A stretch of DNA of 34,737 bases. It comes from Macrostomum lignano (Eukaryota). The position numbers and the translations under genes were made by a program. The stretch lies in the NCBI GenBank assembly GCA_002269645.1, contig NIVC01004805.1, positions 1 to 34,737 on the forward strand, given 5' to 3'. Every line of letters begins with the position of its first letter. Within the stretch, counting starts at the first letter, position 1. The notes beneath the pieces are model-generated. The model was not told where the DNA came from and did not search any database. It saw nothing but the letters and a program-made list of their open reading frames with translations. Below, one piece after another: positions 11,431 through 23,100 of the stretch.

Positions 11431-12065
11431 ACGAGCGTACTTAACAACATCTTGTACCTTTAACAGAGACCTCTTCGCAAAATGAGAAACAGATCCATGT
11501 AAATATCAGCTTCTCCTTCTGCAACACGGCAACGAGTGAAATTTTCAAGTATGAGCTGAATATTAAAAAAAATTATCAAAAATTACAAGCCATATTGATT
11601 TGCTGTGCGCGTTAAATGAATCTGGATAAGACAAGAACGAGAATTCATCTGTTAGTTAGTGTCAAATATCAGTACGGGAAAAGCTCACAAAAAACTGCAT
11701 CGCAAGCCATACACCGCCTCCTCAGAAGCCATCGGATGCCTCACGGACTGCGTGCCGCTCTCCTCTGCTCACAGCACAGTAGTAAACCGACTGGAAGGAA
11801 TAAAAGTGTTGCTGAGTTATTCTCACATGAAATGCCTGCTTGATACAAACTGAGTCTCACGTTGGGGTCGGGCGGCTTGGCAGCAGCCAGCAACTCCACG
11901 GCCGCACCCTGGCTGGCAGCGGCGGCTGCCGCGGCAATCGCTGCGCCGTCCACTGCGCCCGCTACCAGAGCTGCCTGTAGCGCACGCTGAAGGACAATGT
12001 GTACTTTGTGAGCAGTGATCGAACCCTGTGAGCATTCTCACACAAACTAAAACTTGAATGCTCAC

Positions 12066-15000
12066 AAAACACGGCTCGAAAAGTCCTCGAGCTCTTCACC
12101 GGTGAGAACACAGCGCCAAGACCGGGCCAGCTCTGGCTGATCAGACACGTCACAGTGACCTCATCCTGTCGCTCAAAGAACTGGTGAGTCAGTCGAGCTC
12201 TCCGAATCCAGCCTCCGTGGCTGCCTCTGAGATCGGGCTCAGGAGTGAGCTGCTCAGTAACATCGAAGGTCAAGTAGAGGGCCGTGAGTAATGACATTGA
12301 GAATGCATGTACAGCAATGATGGACAGCAGCTTTGGTAGCAACAAACATGAACTCACAGTGAGTCCTTCAATGCTGACTGTGTCGGACTTGATGGAGCAG
12401 TGCAGCTCGGGCCTCGGGTTTCCCTCCTGTGTCTGTCCCAGCAGACTCAGCTCAGAGCCGTTCAGCAGCTGGCCAGTCCAACCGATGCTGTTCGAAGGAA
12501 CTGCAAGACAGTGCAATGACAGTTTTGCCTTCCATTTTGGTAAGTTACGTCGGGCTTCAACCTGTAGCTAGTGCGTGCTTTCTGCTAGAAGTTCGAGAGG
12601 TTCCTTCCTACTCACAGAACACAGTAATGTTTTGTACGAAATGTTACTCATTATCTCGCTTATCTATCACGACTCCGCACATCGCAAACAGCGTAGCGGG
12701 TCAGGGTTCCCGATACCATAATCTTTGGTCCCATTTAAGTACGAGCTAACAACAGGCACCATTGCCACAGCATCAATTAAAGGCTTAAAATTCAAAACGG
12801 GAATAAATCATTGTGTTCAGAGCTCGGTGCAGGTCTCAGTCATTGGTTCCATGAGTTGAATGCTCAATAAGGATAAGGATAAAGATTCGTTTTTGACCCA
12901 ACGCGAAAAGTTATATCATTGATGCATAATTCATTTCTGTCGACTGACAGTCCATGCCTCTAAACAGATAAATAATTTATAAATCAACAATGAAATAGAA
13001 CAAAGTGTAATTCACAAGTACGTTCCAATTGACCTGCAACAGGGCTCAGCAGGTAATTACTTACTTATTGTAACAAGTATGAAGCTGAAAACTCACAATA
13101 TACAGTAACGTTCTGTGTGAATCTGCCATCCAGATCTTCGAGGCCATGCTGAGAGACCCTGCACTCCAAGGAGCCTCCGTTCATCTGCCTTGTGGAACTT
13201 AAGCTGAACTCAGATTCCACTAGCGTCTCAACGCCTAGATTTTGAGCCTCGGGGGTGTTTTGGGCCCTGGTCATGCTGGTGCTGAGACCCTCGGCTGTCC
13301 GCAGCCAGCACCGGTGACTGGGCTCAGGGTTGCCACCAACTGACCGAACTGAGACTGACACGGGCTCGCCCTCCTTCATCACCAGAGGCTGAGTTGCATT
13401 CCATGAGCTGTTTGACGCGTCTGTTTTCGTGCAGGTGTGAGCATGGATGGTTAATTGTCTCAGCAATCTGAGTTGCTGATGGGTCAGAGAAGCTGAACTG
13501 CAATCCACTCACATGACACATCGAGTTGCTCACTGCTGACATACTGATTGAATACAAGTGTGCCGTCTGTACGAGTCTGAGCGACCTGGCAGATGACTCT
13601 CATCTGGTTGTGGCTGGCCGATGCATTGAGTCGCCACACTGATGAAGCATTTGACTCAGATGGCAGCTGGAGTCAAAAGAGTCAGTAATTTATAAATGTA
13701 TGCATAATTTTTGCATTGAAAATTCACAGTGAGTAACTCACTCTGAGCTGTTTCAGATTGGCTCCACCGATTGAGCAGAAGTGCTGAGCAGGCGGATTTC
13801 CTGTTTCCAGCGTCTGCAGGGTGACTTGAGCTTCTCTTCCACTGCGGATTCGTCCAGGAGGCAGCTTGATTGACAGGCCGGAGCTGCGGTCTGAAATGCA
13901 GTTCGGTATGGCAGTCAGGTGAACTGCATTGGGGTTGAACTGGTGAACTGGTTCCGCATTGGGTTTAACTGGTGAACTGGTACCGCATTGGATCTAACTG
14001 GTGAACTGGTTCCGCATTGGTTCTAACTGGTGAACTGGTTCCGCATTGGATCTAACTGGTGAACTGGTTCCGCATTGGTTCTAACTGGTGAACTGGTTCC
14101 GCATTGGATCTAACTGGTGAACTGGTTCCGCATTGGATCCAACTGGTGAGCTGGTTCCGCATTGGATCTAACTGGTGAACTGGTTCCGCATTGGATCTAA
14201 CTGTTGAACTGGAGAACATGCATCCAAGAACAAACACAAGTACATGGACACTTACACAGAACTGCAGGCAGCTCGCGATGAGCCAGTTCATTGAACAGTC
14301 CTGACTGGTTCACCCGACACAAAACGGATGCTGAGCTTCCCCAGCTCCTGCTCACAATCACTGAGAATGTGCTGCTTGAGTTCGTGCTCTGAAATGAGTC
14401 AGTATTCACAGCTAAATGTCAGATCATTGTTGCCATGCACCCAATACACAGGTGCAACCATGGGCCAGTGTGAGACTCACTGACAGCAGCTGAAGCGCTG
14501 TGTTTCCATTTCGCTGTGACTGGACAGAGCAGCTGTGGCTGATTGGCATCCAGTAGCAACCCGGTGTGTCAGCTGTCAGATTGACGGCTGCTCCGTCTGT
14601 CCAGCTGGTGTTTGCGAGGAGCAGAAAGTGAGTGGTGCAGGGCTCTGGAAGGGTTTGAGTAGTGAGTGGTGCAGGGCTCTGGAAGAGTTTGAGTAGTGAG
14701 TGGTGCAGGGCTCTGGAAGGGTTTGAGTAGTGAGTGGTGTAGGGCTCTGGAAGGGTTTGAGTAGTGAGTGGTGCAGGGCTCCGGAAGGGTTTGAGTAGTA
14801 AGTGGTGCAGGGCTCTGGAAGAGTTTGAGTAGTGAGTGGTGCAGGGCTCTGGAAGAGTTTGAGTAGTGAGTAGTGCAGGGCTCCGGAAGGGTTTGAGTAG
14901 TGAGTGGTGCAGGGCTGTAAGCCTGGGTTTGTAAGCCTGACTCACTGGCTGACTGCACACCCAGTGTGTGCGAAGTGCCAATCGCAGTCCCACCGCTGCA

Positions 15001-16050
15001 GCTGTGTCGGCACTTCAAATCCGCCCCGTGCATCCGCAGCCGCACTGTAAAAGTTCTCAGAATCAGAGAGCTGGCCAAGACCGCCCTCTGCAATGCGAAT
15101 GCCCATCTGCGCTGTTTAATTCCCATATCTGGTGCAAGCTCAAGTATTTATCTCAATCGAACTCTTACCGAACTCAACTCCAAGAGATCAGTGCCGTTCC
15201 GCATTCTGATGCTGCAGTTTGATGCAGCAGGTGCTCTGCAGTTTCCTGGCAGCCGAGCTCGAGTCATCACTTTCTCATTGAGCTTGAGCTGAGACAAGTC
15301 TTCCACAAAGCATCCGCTCTGATATTGCCTGCAGAAGTCAGCTGGAGAGCAGCCAGAGCTGCTGTCTCTGTTACGCTGAAAGCAGTCTCTTTTCTCAATT
15401 TCAAGCAGCTCAAAGTTCATCATCTTGTCAGTCTGATTGGCCACGAACTTCCTCAGCAGCACATACTGCCCCATCTGCAATGCGATGCTGCAGCACTGCG
15501 AATTCCAATATTGAAAGATTAGCAGCAACTGGGTGACAAACCTTGACATCGGCCTCAGCTGAGCAGGTCACTTCATGCACCAAGTGCGGCCTGAGTGAAT
15601 TGCTGCTGTCAGTTGTGGTGAAGCCGCAGTGTTGGAATCCGGACAGACTGTGACTGAAAGTGGCTGCAGTGCAGTTGGGTGCATCCTCATCCAGACCGGC
15701 TGGCTTCTCCTCACTGAGCAGCACTTCTATGCCCAGGGCTCTGTGGCTGACTGAGAAAAGTTTAGTGAGCAAAATCTGATTCAAATTATCGTTCAGATTT
15801 ATATTGAAATGTGAGTAGGACTCACCCTCCTGTCTCCCATAGACAGTGATGGAGCGCACTGGGACACTTCGGGTCAGCTTCAGCAGCAGCCACTGGTAGC
15901 CGGAGGGGTCCGGAGTGTCGCTGGTAAGAAAATAGGCCCACTGCCCCGGCTTGTCCATTGATCTGATGAAGCAGTCGCATTCTGGGTGATTGTAGACAGA
16001 CGATTGCCAGGCATTGGCGATTTTAGCTCTGGAGACCTTGATGGCACAGC
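12066..16050 (-). CDS. Multi-exon extracellular protein: F5/8C or F-type-lectin-like domain, a Cys-containing linker and four tandem Ig-like domains; 5' and 3' ends unresolved
   Basis: GT-AG exons: 16050-15826, 15750-15542, from about 15474 (end uncertain), about 14604-14491, 14388-14256, 13890-13742, 13666-13513, 13420-13097, 12500-12358, 12249-12066. Junction phases are consistent from 14491 to 12066, with phase-1 introns at Ig domain boundaries. Motifs: AWQSSVY, QWLLLKL..VRSITVYGR, GQYVLLRK..ELLEIE (lectin/discoidin-like); EGEPVSVSV..GGNPEP, SLECRVSQ (Ig-like). Confidence 0.75.
13097..13420 (-). CDS. Single-exon Ig-like domain (third of four), resembling C2-set/nephrin-type domains
   Basis: MKEGEPVSVSVRSVGGNPEPSHRCW...SLSSTRQMNGGSLECRVSQ...QNVTVY; 324 nt with phase 1 at both ends, acceptor acag and donor GTGAGT. 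Confidence 0.85.
13936..14210. repeat. Intronic 29-bp minisatellite (TGGATCTAACTGGTGAACTGGTTCCGCAT)n
   Basis: Direct reading; it fills most of the intron between Ig domains 1 and 2. Confidence 0.95.
14628..14916. repeat. Intronic 34-bp minisatellite (GTGAGTGGTGCAGGGCTCTGGAAGGGTTTGAGTA)n
   Basis: Direct reading; it ends close to the acceptor of the first Ig exon. Confidence 0.95.
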
Positions 16051-16761
16051 CTGTGGATGTGGAGGTTCAACAACTTCGAAATATGACCTGTTATGAGACC
16101 ATTGTGCGTTGTTTACGCTTTTGTCACAGTCAGCCAATTAGATAGAACTGCACGTAAGTCAACTAAAACTCCATGGACATTTGCTCCATGGACAGCTAAA
16201 GCAGAAGAAAGTTTTCAGTGTTTTTTTACTTCTGAACTTCTGGATTCAAAATCCAGCAAGTATGCCTTGTGTCCGAGGTACGCTCACCAGTTTACCAGTA
16301 CGATTTCACTGGAACTGCTACCGGAGACCGGCAGATAAACACACAGTTTCAGTGAACGAAATCTCAGCTGTTTCTGGTTGTAGTGTGCAAATTCTCCCCA
16401 CAGAATTTCCCAATGGCGAAACCTCATCCAGAGCTTAGTTCTCAAAAACTGAAAACTTTCAATCCCACTGATCAGCATCAGCAAAAATAATTGAATTCTT
16501 TAACTTTAAGGAGAAACAGTCGTAGTCACTTACTGTTACTTATACAGTACGAAATGATTGCAAGGCACAGAAGTTCCTTCATGTGGACAGTCATATCGCA
16601 GAGCTGTACTTTGTAAAAAAACAATTTTACATATAAGCTGCTGCTAGCAACAGCTGTGGTATCGCTGGGCCTCCCAACCTTAGTCGAGCCGATGTTTATA
16701 GGAAAGCGGCAGGGCTGCGTGTGGAGGCGGAAGTGCAGCCGCAGCCCATAGGCTGGAAGAA

Positions 16762-16845
16762 GATTGGCTGGCTGGCTGGCTGCAAAGCAGGCAAGCGAGG
16801 TGCGAGATTGGAGGCCAATGAGGCGGGCGAAGATGGCGGAATCAG
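16762..16845 (+). promoter_or_regulatory. Possible promoter-like segment: clustered CCAAT boxes and an AAGATGGCGG (YY1-like, ATG-containing) motif
   Basis: GATTGG at 16762 and 16806, CCAAT at 16815, AAGATGGCGG at 16830-16839 in a GC-rich patch. Motif matches only. Confidence 0.3.
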
Positions 16846-17046
16846 CAGCTTCTCTCAGCAGTGAGGGGCTTGAAGAAATGTGAGGACAGAAGATCCTCAT
16901 TCATTTTCTGCCTGCCTGGGGGGTCTTTCTCAAAAGCAACTTATGATCGGCCATAGACGTAAGTTGGGGAGGAAGTGCCTGTGCTATAGAATCAAGAGTA
17001 ATTTTAAGAGCTAGGAGGCTCCTTTAAGGAGACCATTTTAGGAGAC

Positions 17047-17243
17047 CAGTGGCGGATCCTGGGGGGGGGGGGGCAAGGGGACCATGGCCCCCCCCTCAGC
17101 TGCCTCGAAAAAAATTCTGCTCTTGGCCTTTGGCCCCCTTCTACCAGTAAGTAAAGAAAGGGCTTGGGCCTTGGGGTGGGTTCCTACTCGGGGCAGCATG
17201 AAAAAAGTTGGCCCCCCTCAATAAATTCCTGGATCCGCGCCTG
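17047..17243. mobile_element. hAT-type MITE, 197 bp, 8-bp TSD TAGGAGAC
   Basis: TSD at 17039-17046 and 17244-17251; imperfect TIRs CAGTGGCGGATCCTGG / CCTGGATCCGCGCCTG; poly-G and poly-C subterminal arms; non-coding. Confidence 0.9.
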
Positions 17244-17616
17244 TAGGAGACCTCATAAAGGTTTCTGCAAGTGCTAAAGAATAAGGAGAGAGGAGTTGGA
17301 GCTACTGTGGGTGCTGGATGTTGCCGTTTCGGAGTGAATTTTAGGAGTGCGTGTCCTATAGAAGGAGCGAATTTCATTTCTAGCTCCTAACTCCGATAGT
17401 TAGATTTCAAGGGCCAAATTGTACTCTTAGGTTAGTAGGAGTGTCTTTTTGTCATGTTTTCGGACAGTGACCTGGGCTCTGACGATAAAGACGCAAACGT
17501 TTGGCGACCCAGGCAATTCAGGCAAAGGATAAACTCTTCGAAGAATTCCGTACTGCATCTCGATTTCGGCTCAATGAGAGTCAACGCCAATTTCAACAAA
17601 CATTGTTGCATCTTAA

Positions 17617-19460
<1,844 letters not shown>

Positions 19461-19639
19461 AACGCTTGCCAACAGCACTACTTCTAGTACTGAAACAGAA
19501 ACAGACAGCAAATTTTTATATAAACTCTTTTTCATCCAAATACCTCCTGTTAAAGGTCTCGAAGGTCAGATTGAACATCTAGATGAGCTCGAACAACTTA
19601 TTTGATTGAACAGTGTCAAAGGCTAGGGGGGGACTTCAG

Positions 19640-20131
19640 CTAAGAGTCAGTTCCATAGTTCCGGTTCACCAGGAAGTAGCGCTGCTCGGTGATCAAAGCT
19701 GGACTCGAGCACAGCGGCTGCTGCTGCTGTTGTTGCTGAAGGTCGGGAGTCTGCTGGACCTGTGGCTCAGCTAACTGCTGTTGCTGCTGTTGCTGCTGTT
19801 GCTGCTCCTGTGCTGACGGTAGGCTGTAGAAACTGTGCAGCAGCGGCCTCTCTAAAACCACCGCCGCAGAAGCCGTCGAGTCCAACGCGCGGCCACCATC
19901 GACGAAGCTGTCGATTTCGTCGGACTCGAAATCGTCGAGATCGCCGGCGTCGCCAGCCGAGGAGGACATGAACCAGCGGGTTCGCCTGGCCAGCTGCTGC
20001 AGCTGCCGGCGCTTCACTGAGTTGAACCTGCCCGACGGGGTGCGCTGGTGCAGCACCGACTGGGGGAAGGCGGCTGGGTCCGCCACCGCTGTGGTGTCCT
20101 TCGACTGCTGCTGATGCTGGCCTTCGCTTGC
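19640..20131 (-). CDS. RhoGAP gene terminal exon (basic motif, acidic patch, polyQ)
   Basis: ttaag|ASEGQHQQQ...RFNSVKRRQLQQLARRTRWF...QQQQQ...NYGTDS*. Confidence 0.8.
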   Translation of the reverse strand, partial: ASEGQHQQQSKDTTAVADPAAFPQSVLHQRTPSGRFNSVKRRQLQQLARRTRWFMSSSAGDAGDLDDFESDEIDSFVDGGRALDSTASAAVVLERPLLHSFYSLPSAQEQQQQQQQQQQLAEPQVQQTPDLQQQQQQQPLCSSPALITEQRYFLVNRNYGTDS

Positions 20132-23100
20132 CTTAATTCGAATTTAAATGATAATACTGTTTATAAGCACTGCTTGCTACTGATTGCTTTTAAGTAGCAA
20201 ATATGGACATTTTTAATCACTGAATCGAGAAGCGCAACTATCTGTGAAGCGTTGTGAATCATTCACTGTTTTTTGTCTTTGCTTTCATCTCTGTGTTGAC
20301 ATGGTTGGCGGGCGAGGTGGGTGAAAGAGTGAGGTGGGTGATGGTAGTGAGGTGGGGGAAGGAGTGAGGTGGGGGAAGTAGTGGGGTGGGTGAAGGAGTG
20401 GGGTGGGTGAAGGAGTGGGGTGGGGGAAGTAGTGGGGTGGGGGAAGTAGTGGGGTGACTGAAGGAGTAGGTGGGTGAAAGGGTGGCGTGGGTGAAGGAGC
20501 GGGGTGGGTGAATGAGTGGGGTGGGGGAAGGAGTGGGGTGGGGGAAGGAGTGGGTGGGTGAAGGAGTGGGTGGGTGAAGGAGTGGGGTGGGGGAAGGAGT
20601 GGGGTGGGTGAATGAGTGGGATGGGGGAAGGAGTGGGATGGGGGAAGGAGTGGCGTGGGTGAAGGAGCGGGGTGGGTGAATGAGTGGGGTGGGGGAAGGA
20701 GTGGGGTGGGGAAGGAGTGGGGTGGGTGAAGGAGTGGGTGGGTGAAGGAGTGGGGTGGGTGAAGGAGTGGGGTGGGTGAATGAGTGGGGTGGGGGAAGGA
20801 GTGGGGTGGGTGAATGAGTGGGATGGGGGAAGGAGTGGGGTGGGTGAAGGAGTGGGTGGGTGAAGGAGTGGGTTGGGTGAAAGAGTGGGGTGGGTGAAGA
20901 TTGGAGTTAACAATCAGGCCTAGTAGTGGATGAAGTTAGCTCATAAATTATTAGACTGCATACGAAGCAAAACAGTTTAAAGAATCTGATAAAGTTAATC
21001 TTTGATTAAAATAAAAAATTAATACTTCTGAAACGAAACGGAAAAATTCTGAATTGATTTCGGACCGTATAAAACATGTCAGACAAATGTTTATAACTTA
21101 CTTTACGTTAGTAAACTACTGTTAGCATTATTAATTAAAGAGTTTATGCGACGTATTTTTATTGAAGAGGCTACAAAATTATCAACAGAAAGCATTGCTA
21201 TGCATAACTTATCAGACTGTGGGTTATTAATTAAGCGGCTAGTTAAATCGCTGGAATATAGCTAATACTCATAATTAATATTTGTTTTTTTCACTCAGCA
21301 AGCGTGCAGACTAAAAGCGCTGCGGGTTAAAAGCTGGAATTAACAAGCTTTGTTGAAAACTTGTTTTTTTTGTTAAAATCGAGTTACCAATTCCGAGTGG
21401 CAGCAGCGTGCCGGATGCTGGGCAACATCAGCAACAACATCATCATCCTCATCAACACTAACTGGAGGCACAGACAGGCACTGGAGGAAACGGGTAAAGT
21501 AGTATATAACGCATTTGCATGGATTAATTTGCATATGAAATTAAATTCAGTACGGATTTGCTATTGCACGTGCAACACACTACTGATTGAGCATAACTGA
21601 TCGCAGTAGCATGCAGGGAGTATGAATGTCTAATGTATGCAACTTTAAAAAAAACGTTTAGGGAACAATAGTAAGCAAAACCAGAAACGCTGCTTTATAT
21701 GGGCAATCATAGGTCAGTTAAAATTGTGTTTTCCTCTAAGTTTCAGAAGGGATTAGCTATTAAACAAAAATGAGTCAAGTTGAAAGCAAGGCCTATGCAA
21801 AGTTTGAAACAATACGAGAAGCCAAACAGTTTTTTGCTTTTTTCAAATGAGTGAGAATTTTTACCCAAAACCTTAAGTAATTTGACGGGTCCTCATAAAA
21901 AGTGAGACTCGAACTCGCGACCTAGGCGAGTAAAAAACCCTTCCCTTGCTACTCATCAGTAGGCGATTGCTTATAAATTCTTAGAAAAGCTGAACACTAA
22001 TGCAATCCTTTGAGCGTGCACAGCCACAAAGTGCCACTTACTCTACGAATTCCAACTGACATCGGCAGGGTGGAGAGCGAGGGTGGAGCCGGTGGCAGTG
22101 GCGGCTGCTGCGACGGCTGCTGCTGCTGCAGCTGAGGAGACAGCGGCGGTTTTGTCCGCTGAAAGGCGGTGATGTCCGACTGCATGCTGTACACGGACAG
22201 CGAGTCACTCGGGCCGAACAGGCTGTTAGGGTTGGCCCGGTCTACGGCGTTTGAGTTGGCGTTGGCTAGCGATGGGTTCATGGGAGGCTGCAGCGAGGCG
22301 TACTCGGTGATGAGGGTCGGAGTCACGTCTGGTGGGTGGTTTGGCGGAGGGAGGAACGGATCGTGATGATTTTAGAAGAGGAAAAAACTTCTAAATAAAG
22401 TCGGAAGTCGGAAAGTCGGAAAATGAATCAGATGCTATTTTTAGATCCCAAGCTTCTACATGACGTCAGACACTATTTTTAGAACCGAAGCTTGTACATG
22501 CCGTCCGATGCTATTATTAGAACCGAAGCTTGTACACGACGTCAGTTGCTATTTTTAGAATCAACACTATCATGATGTCATATTCTATTTTTAGAGTCGA
22601 TTCTTGCTCATAACGCCAGATACTATTTATAGAATTGAAGCTTCCAGTTCCAAAGACTGCAAACTTACCAAACGCGGCACCGCGATAATTCTCAAGGCCG
22701 TCTCGCATAACGTTCTTGAACTGCGCCTCCGAGATAGCTGAACAAGTGTATGAGGCGAAAAAAGCATTGTATTTTAGACATTAGGCTGAGCTATGCGTGT
22801 ATAATTTTACTTGTTATTTAAACCACATATTACGAGTATTAACGGAAAATTTTGACAAAAAACAACACCAAAAAGAGAAATCAAATTGGTGCATTATCTT
22901 GGCTAGATAAATTAAAAATATTTCAATAAGGCAAAAAGTAGTCTACTGACAACAGTGTATCTAGTGTGTACCTTTTTATCGCTTAATATCTAAAGTGTCG
23001 GGCTGGAGGCCCAGTGCTAAACACGACGAAACCATGTGCAACTCTCAATATCTCAGCACCAGTTATACTCGCAATAAAAAATTAATATTATTCTCCTGCG

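Noticed and set aside
16526-16900. 124-aa minus-strand ORF as the first exon of the Ig gene
   Set aside because: It has no signal-peptide character, and I found no phase-compatible splice path to exon 16050.
20263-20913. Pro/His-rich 216-aa ORF, and similar ORFs at 23416-24460, 25336-25869, 27850-28289 and 32346-32595
   Set aside because: All are derived from tandem repeats inside introns or intergenic DNA.
21900-21925. Isolated B-box-like sequences (gagactcgaactcgcgacct; also gaatcgaaccc near 33195)
   Set aside because: They are too short to call. They may be decayed SINE heads, but no body sequence supports that.
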